Positions 63,942 through 64,000 of a stretch of DNA of 64,000 nucleotides are shown here, piece after piece (the stretch's first letter is position 1; each line of letters begins with the position of its first letter). Origin of the DNA: Spirochaetia bacterium. Its GTDB lineage: Bacteria; Spirochaetota; Spirochaetia; SZUA-6; Bin103. The notes below the pieces were generated by a model that searched no databases, was not told the origin of the DNA, and saw only the letters and a list, made by a program, of their open reading frames with translations. The stretch covers positions 1,920,001 through 1,984,000 of the forward strand of contig CBDAOI010000004.1 in assembly GCA_965198005.1 (NCBI GenBank), in the 5' to 3' direction. Position numbers and translations under genes: made by a program.

Positions 63942-64000
63942 ATGGCTTCGCTCGGCACCCACCTCAAGGGCCTCCGAAAGCAGTCCGGGCTCTCCTACCG
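63942..64000 (+). CDS. XRE-family HTH regulator, N-terminal part (runs off window end)
   Basis: MASLGTHLKGLRKQSGLSY; divergent from the primase gene. Confidence 0.65.
   Translation, partial: MASLGTHLKGLRKQSGLSY

Overview
High-GC bacterial chromosome segment, most likely a Spirochaetota (inferred from the smpB/PEGA-FGE/lepB/hemN-like gene order and the spirochaete-style signal peptides). The core blocks are metX(partial)-lipoprotein-hisH-hisF, secG-atpBEFHAGDC-fhs, and ssrA-smpB-PEGA/FGE-lepB-hemW. They are interleaved with an accessory array of paralogous family-5 (Dpp/Opp-like) ABC cassettes (solute-binding protein [SBP] + two permeases, no ATPase): five SBP-bearing copies, only one fully intact, plus small permease fragments. 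The accessory DNA also carries six toxin-antitoxin (TA) module types (mostly decayed), PD-(D/E)XK and GmrSD-like nucleases, and a nest of mobile elements (ISNCY-like IS, RIT-like recombinases, IS21, a primase-XerD element). The most notable unannotated signal is a ~210-nt leader upstream of two SBP genes (18940-19151, 48610-48818). It carries a strong Shine-Dalgarno (SD) site, an 11-codon uORF (MILKEPH[V/A]RAA), co-varying stems and a possible pseudoknot, and is a candidate new attenuator/riboswitch; a third, diverged copy may precede the SBP at 8048. The same 14-bp IS end lies upstream of all three full-length SBP loci. Many genes show microhomology-bounded internal deletions. Mis-assembly of paralogues cannot be excluded for the mosaic regions.
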